Origin: a virus
Reading direction: 5' to 3' (one strand)
Virus record (IMG/VR): IMGVR_UViG_3300029728_000034
Length of the DNA: 31,195 bases
The position numbers and the translations under genes were made by a program. Shown here in pieces: positions 27,191 through 31,195 of this stretch (within the stretch, counting starts at the first letter, position 1; each line of letters starts with the position of its first letter). A model generated the notes under the pieces. It was not told the origin of the DNA. It did no database searches and was given only the letters and a program-made list of their open reading frames with translations.

Positions 27191-28421
27191 AGGATATAGG
27201 CCATTTATGTACCAATATAAGGTTCATATAGCTATGGCAGATGCTTATAGATCTGGAAGGATATTTACAATTAAAGCTAAACGACAAGTAGGTAAATCAT
27301 TCTTAGCTGAAAATGAATTATTACGATTTGCAATTAACTATCCAAAAACAGTCAATTGTATAGTAGAACCTACTCTTGGGCAATCAAGAAAAGTGTTTAA
27401 AGAAATAGTTAATGCTATAGCTGAAGCAGATATTCTTAAACGTAAGAATGAAACTTTGCTTGAATTAGAGTTTAATAATGGCAGTTCTATATTATTTAGA
27501 TCTGGAGAACAAATGGATTCGTTACGAGGATTCTCTGTAAGTGGATTACTTGTATTAGATGAGGCTGCTTACTTAAAAGATGAAGTATTTGAAATTATTA
27601 AACCTACTACTGATGTGTGGTCTGCTCCAATATTAATTATTAGTACTCCAAGGTTCCGAGAGGGTTTCTTTTATGACTGCTTTACTAAAGGGTTAGATCC
27701 GAAATATGACAAGTTCTATAAATCATTTGATTGAGCTTTAGAAGATACATCTATGCTTTTAGATAAAGAGAAGTTAGAGATGTATCGACTTACAACCTCA
27801 AAAAATAAATTTAGAACCGAATACTTAGGGGAATTTGCAGATGATGATGGATGTTTATTTAATAATATAGCTAATTGCATAATTGAGAAAAAACCAGATT
27901 ATCAGAGTCTTTATATAGGAATAGACTGGGCTACTGGGAGTGGTAAAGACTATACTTGTGTTACTGCTTTAAATGAATCTGGACAAATGGTCTTTATAAA
28001 GTATTTTAACGATAAAACTCCAACAGAGCAAGTTGATTTATTAACAAATATACTAACTGAGTATCAAGGATTTATAAAGATTGTGCAAGTTGAACAAAAC
28101 TCAATTGGTAGTGTCTTCTATGATATGTTAGTTCGGAAGAATCCGAAAATCAGGATTATACGATTCTTAACTACTAATAAGAGTAAGGCAGATATAGTTA
28201 ATAAGCTTCAAGCTGCTTTGGAGAATGAAAAGATAGGATTATTAAAAGATGATAAACTTTTAAATGAGTTAAGACTATATGAAGCTTCATATAATCCAAA
28301 AACTGGAAATGTTAGTTATAATGCTCCATCTGGATTTAATGATGATACAGTAATTTCATTAATGCTAGCCTATGACTCATTAAATACAAACAAAGGACAT
28401 TATAATATTAAAATTAAATAG
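27174..28421 (+). CDS. terL: Terminase large subunit, 415 aa
   Basis: Walker A is KAKRQVGKS and Walker B is GLLVLDEAAY. A C-terminal nuclease-like region includes GIDWATGSGKDYT and FNDDTVISL. The two ORF fragments are joined by TGA 27732. Confidence 0.85.
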
Positions 28422-28422
28422 T

Positions 28423-29082
28423 ATGAATGTAGCAACTAAATGGGAAGAAGTATCTTTAAAGAAATTCCAAGCTTTAAATACATTTATTATGAGTGATGTA
28501 AAAATGACAGATTTAGATAGGAGTATCGAGATCTACTCATTACTTACAGATAACCCAGATGAAGCAATGGATGCTTTATTAAATATGACCGTAGATCAAT
28601 TATCTGCAGAACTTAGTAAGATTCATTTTATTGTAAATAAATATAAATCCAAAGTTCCAGAAACTGAGTATGATATTGATGGTAATAAATATACAGTTCA
28701 ATTAAATCTCAGAAATATGACTGCTGCTCAGTATATTGATTTTCAGAACTTTTATAAAGATTATGAAAAGAATCAGAAGTATATATTCTTATGCTTTTTA
28801 ATTCCTAAAGGAAAGAAGTATAATGAGGGTTATGATGTAATGGAACTAGCAGAAGATTTATATGATAAGATTCCAATTACTATTGTTACTGATGTAATGG
28901 TTTTTTTTTGCAAATTATTAGAGAGCTTAACCATAGCTACCCTAATCTCTTCAATGCGGGAGATGAAGAAATTGATGAAAAAGGAGAAAGATCCAGTAAA
29001 GAAACATCAATTACGGAAGAGGATAGTTCAAGCGAGACAAACTCTGAATTTAGTCAAAAATGGAACTGGATTTGTTGAATAG
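28423..29082 (+). CDS. Tail assembly chaperone candidate (G-like product), 219 aa
   Basis: It contains a T9 slippery run, and a 140-nt coding-like stretch in the -1 frame lies beyond its TAG stop. The call rests mainly on this frameshift architecture. Confidence 0.45.
   Translation: MNVATKWEEVSLKKFQALNTFIMSDVKMTDLDRSIEIYSLLTDNPDEAMDALLNMTVDQLSAELSKIHFIVNKYKSKVPETEYDIDGNKYTVQLNLRNMTAAQYIDFQNFYKDYEKNQKYIFLCFLIPKGKKYNEGYDVMELAEDLYDKIPITIVTDVMVFFCKLLESLTIATLISSMREMKKLMKKEKDPVKKHQLRKRIVQARQTLNLVKNGTGFVE
28901..28909 (+). other. T9 homopolymer; candidate -1 ribosomal frameshift (U_UUU_UUU) or transcriptional slippage site
   Basis: gta atg gtT TTT TTT tgc in the zero frame is a perfect X_XXY_YYZ heptamer. 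Confidence 0.5.
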
Positions 29083-29225
29083 ACAGAGTTAGTGAAGTAA
29101 CAAGGTTAAACTGGCATCAAGTATATGATATGCAGATTCAAGAGTTTTTGAATATTATTTGCTACTTACTTGATAAAGGGAAAGAAGAAAAAAGACAAAT
29201 AGATCTTTGAAAAGCTAAACACTAA
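28908..29225 (+). CDS. -1 frame extension (GT-like fusion C-terminus), about 105 codons
   Basis: The -1 frame is open from the T9 run to TAA 29223..29225. It reads LQIIRELNHSYPNLFNAGDEEIDEKGERSSKETSITEEDSSSETNSEFSQKWNWIC-W-IDRVSEVTRLNWHQVYDMQIQEFLNIICYLLDKGKEEKRQIDL-W-KAKH. There is no independent start codon for the last 140 nt. Confidence 0.45.
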
Positions 29226-29227
29226 AA

Positions 29228-29277
29228 TGTCAGTTTTTATTTATTTTAACTACTAAAAGTGAGTAAAAAACTTGACA
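29228..29277 (+). promoter_or_regulatory. Conserved intergenic element, copy 4
   Basis: tgtcagtttttatttattttaactactaaaagtgagtaaaaaacttgaca. The core at 29260..29277 is identical to the other copies. It starts 3 nt after TAA 29225. Confidence 0.6.
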
Positions 29278-29280
29278 CTT

Positions 29281-29305
29281 AAATAGGGAGTAAATCTCCC
29301 TATTT
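29281..29305 (+). terminator. Hairpin directly following element copy 4 (aaatagggag / ctccctattt, 5-nt loop)
   Basis: A 10-bp stem read directly, followed by gtgttt. Confidence 0.45.
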
Positions 29306-29347
29306 GTGTTTAGATACTCAATATGAGAATGATATATTTTAGTAAAA

Positions 29348-29827
29348 ATGGCAAATCAAGTTTTGGATTTTCCCAATTTAGAAGCTGTCTTAAAACAATA
29401 TGGAGAACAATTACTTTCTATATATAGGCAGAAATTACTACAAACTGGTTCAGATGATACGGGAACTCTTGGTAATACACTTAATTATATAGTTGAAGAT
29501 CAAGATGAAGTATATGAAGTTAGTTTGCAAATACAAGATTATTGGAAGTATGTTGAGGATGGCAGAAATGCAGGAAAGTTTCCTCCTATTAGTGATATAA
29601 AAAGATGGATACAAACTAAACCTGTATTACCTCGTATATATAACGGATCACTTCCAACTATTGATCAATTAGCATATTTAATAGCAAGAAAGATTTCCAA
29701 AAGAGGAATTGAAGGCAAACATATATTAGAGGAATCATTAACTGAATTAGATGCTTATATGTTATTAGATGATGCAATTACAAAAGATTTAGAAACACAA
29801 GTTGATAATGTATTTAAAAACTTTTAA
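29348..29827 (+). CDS. HK97 gp10-like neck / tail-completion protein, 159 aa
   Basis: DTGTLGNTLNYIVEDQDEVYEVSLQIQDYWKYVEDGRNAG resembles the gp10-family pattern (TG.L..s.......v.v.....Y..yVE.G). Confidence 0.5.
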   Translation: MANQVLDFPNLEAVLKQYGEQLLSIYRQKLLQTGSDDTGTLGNTLNYIVEDQDEVYEVSLQIQDYWKYVEDGRNAGKFPPISDIKRWIQTKPVLPRIYNGSLPTIDQLAYLIARKISKRGIEGKHILEESLTELDAYMLLDDAITKDLETQVDNVFKNF

Positions 29828-29829
29828 AA

Positions 29830-31195
29830 ATGGCATTTATACCAAGTAAATTAGGAATATATAATGCATCAAGGAGTTTTCCTGTTAAATGGAATAATCC
29901 TGGATGGGGAATTACTGGAGAATATGATTATTGGACTTGGGGAGATGATTATACTGAAGAAGGGCCTTTAAATGTAACTATACAGGATCCAAGTAAAGAA
30001 GGATGTACAATACAATTTTTATCTCCTACAACAATAACTACTGATTCTTCTACTGTATTTCATTTTTATCCTAGAGGTATTACTACTGCTTTATTAGGGG
30101 AAGATTTACCAATTAATTTACATAGTAAAGCTCCTGGATATTATCCTGCTAATGGCACCATTAAAGTACCAAATACTGGTGGAGAATATACAGTAGAGTA
30201 TATATTAAATAGATCAGATATTATTAAATGAGATGCAGCAGTTGTTAATGCTACAGCTTTAGTTAATATGGAAGTTCTGGATTGGGATTCCTGCTCTATT
30301 AAGTTTAAAGTTACAGTAAGAGCTAATACTCAATGAAATACTGATTTAACTGCAACTATCCAATTAGGGGCTTATTATGATACTAATAAATTTATTAGTT
30401 ATAGTTATGGCTTTAAGATTGAAAAAAGCAATACTCCAGAAGATTTAAAGTTAGTAGTAACTCCTTCATCTGGAACTTATGGAGCAGCTGCTTTTGTTAC
30501 TGAAGAATTTCATTTAAGTACAACTAAAGCAGAAGAAACAATTACCTCATTTAATGTTACTTGTTCTCAAGCCAGTAATATTAAAAAGGATATTGTTGAT
30601 AACTATTTTGTATTAACTGTTCCAGAGAATAAAACTACTAATAATTTGGAGTTTAGTGCAATGGTTACTGCAACAACTTCTGGAGGTTATACTCTTGAAG
30701 CTACAGTTCCAATTAAACAAGCTGCAACATCTTTAATGATTCCTAATACTAATTATGAAGTAAGTTGAACTGCATCTACATTAAATATAATGGGTACAGG
30801 ATCAAACAACTTAGATGATGTTGTATTTAGTATTCCTGTAGGTTGGATTAGTGGTCAGAAGTTCTCTGTGAATCCTCAAGGTGTAGCAACTATTAGTTTG
30901 AACATTGCAGAAAATTCAGGTTTATCTTCTAGACAAGCAACTATTGGAGTATCTGTTATAAAGAATAGTTTAAGTATTATTAATTTATCTATTAATATTA
31001 CACAATCTGTTAAATCTGATATATCTCCTATTTGGAAAGATTATGTTTGGGAAGAAATTATCAGTTCTGATTTTATTGAATATCATCTAGATTATGCAGG
31101 AGATATGATTTATGCTGGCAAGGCTTATAAATATCCTGAAACAGATAGAGTAGAGTTTTTATTAAATAATGTAGCTGAGAATTATCTATCTAATG
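29830..31195 (+). CDS. 5' part of the wrap-around tail/baseplate structural protein with Ig/BACON-like repeats (continues at 1..914)
   Basis: I translated it codon by codon to the window end. The only interruptions are TGA at 30229, 30334 and 30766. The segment EVS-W-TASTLNIMGT...VGWISGQKFSVNPQGVATISLNIAENSGLSSRQATIGV is BACON-like. Confidence 0.8.
31097..31195. repeat. Terminal direct repeat, copy 2 (identical to 1..99)
   Basis: Direct comparison of the two ends of the window. Confidence 0.95.

Noticed and set aside
6679-29277. The four conserved repeats could be read as a CRISPR array or its remnants.
   Set aside because: The copies are 5.8-9.3 kb apart and separated by full gene modules, not by 25-40-bp spacers. 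There are no cas genes, and each copy sits at an operon boundary.
1-31195. TGA reassigned to Gly (table 25, Gracilibacteria/Absconditabacteria type).
   Set aside because: TGA aligns with TGG (Trp) in an internal paralog. It also falls on aromatic or Trp-conserved family positions (BACON Trp pair, PWNKG, GFxWxY, W-x-H). None of the sites I checked is a typical Gly position.

Overview
The window is one complete, circularly closed, AT-rich tailed-phage genome. Bases 1..99 are identical to 31097..31195, so the unit length is 31,096 bp. The main point is that it cannot be read with the standard code. In-frame TGA codons break almost every large gene into same-frame fragments, and reading TGA as Trp (table 4-like) restores full-length proteins. 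By hand count there are 48 sense TGAs in 19 CDS. Every CDS ends in TAA or TAG. With that decoding the plus strand carries, in order: an early/regulatory block (24394..26404), packaging genes (terS, terL), a tail assembly chaperone with a T9 slippery run, tail/baseplate genes that wrap the window ends, and a tape-measure-like gene. These are followed by a TGA-free capsid core operon (XkdF-like protease, scaffold, major capsid, tail tube), three paralogous LRR-type receptor-binding cassettes, portal and connector genes, and a holin/M15 endolysin cassette. A short minus-strand block (21193..24243) carries an SF2 helicase and small ORFs. Four free-standing homing endonuclease genes (three GIY-YIG, one HNH) are scattered through the genome. 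Beyond the recoding, the main unexplained structure is a ~50-bp intergenic element with an 18-bp invariant core, TGAGTAAAAAACTTGACA. It occurs four times, always in plus orientation, and divides the plus strand into four operon-sized units. The phage also encodes an ECF-like sigma factor split into separate region-2 and region-4 ORFs, which could be the factor that recognises this element. Host-type signals look Bacteroidota-like: TTTG-N20-TAnnTTTG promoters, no Shine-Dalgarno sequences and BACON-like domains. No suppressor tRNA is visible, so how UGA gets decoded is an open question. All functional calls come from reading motifs by eye. No database search was run.
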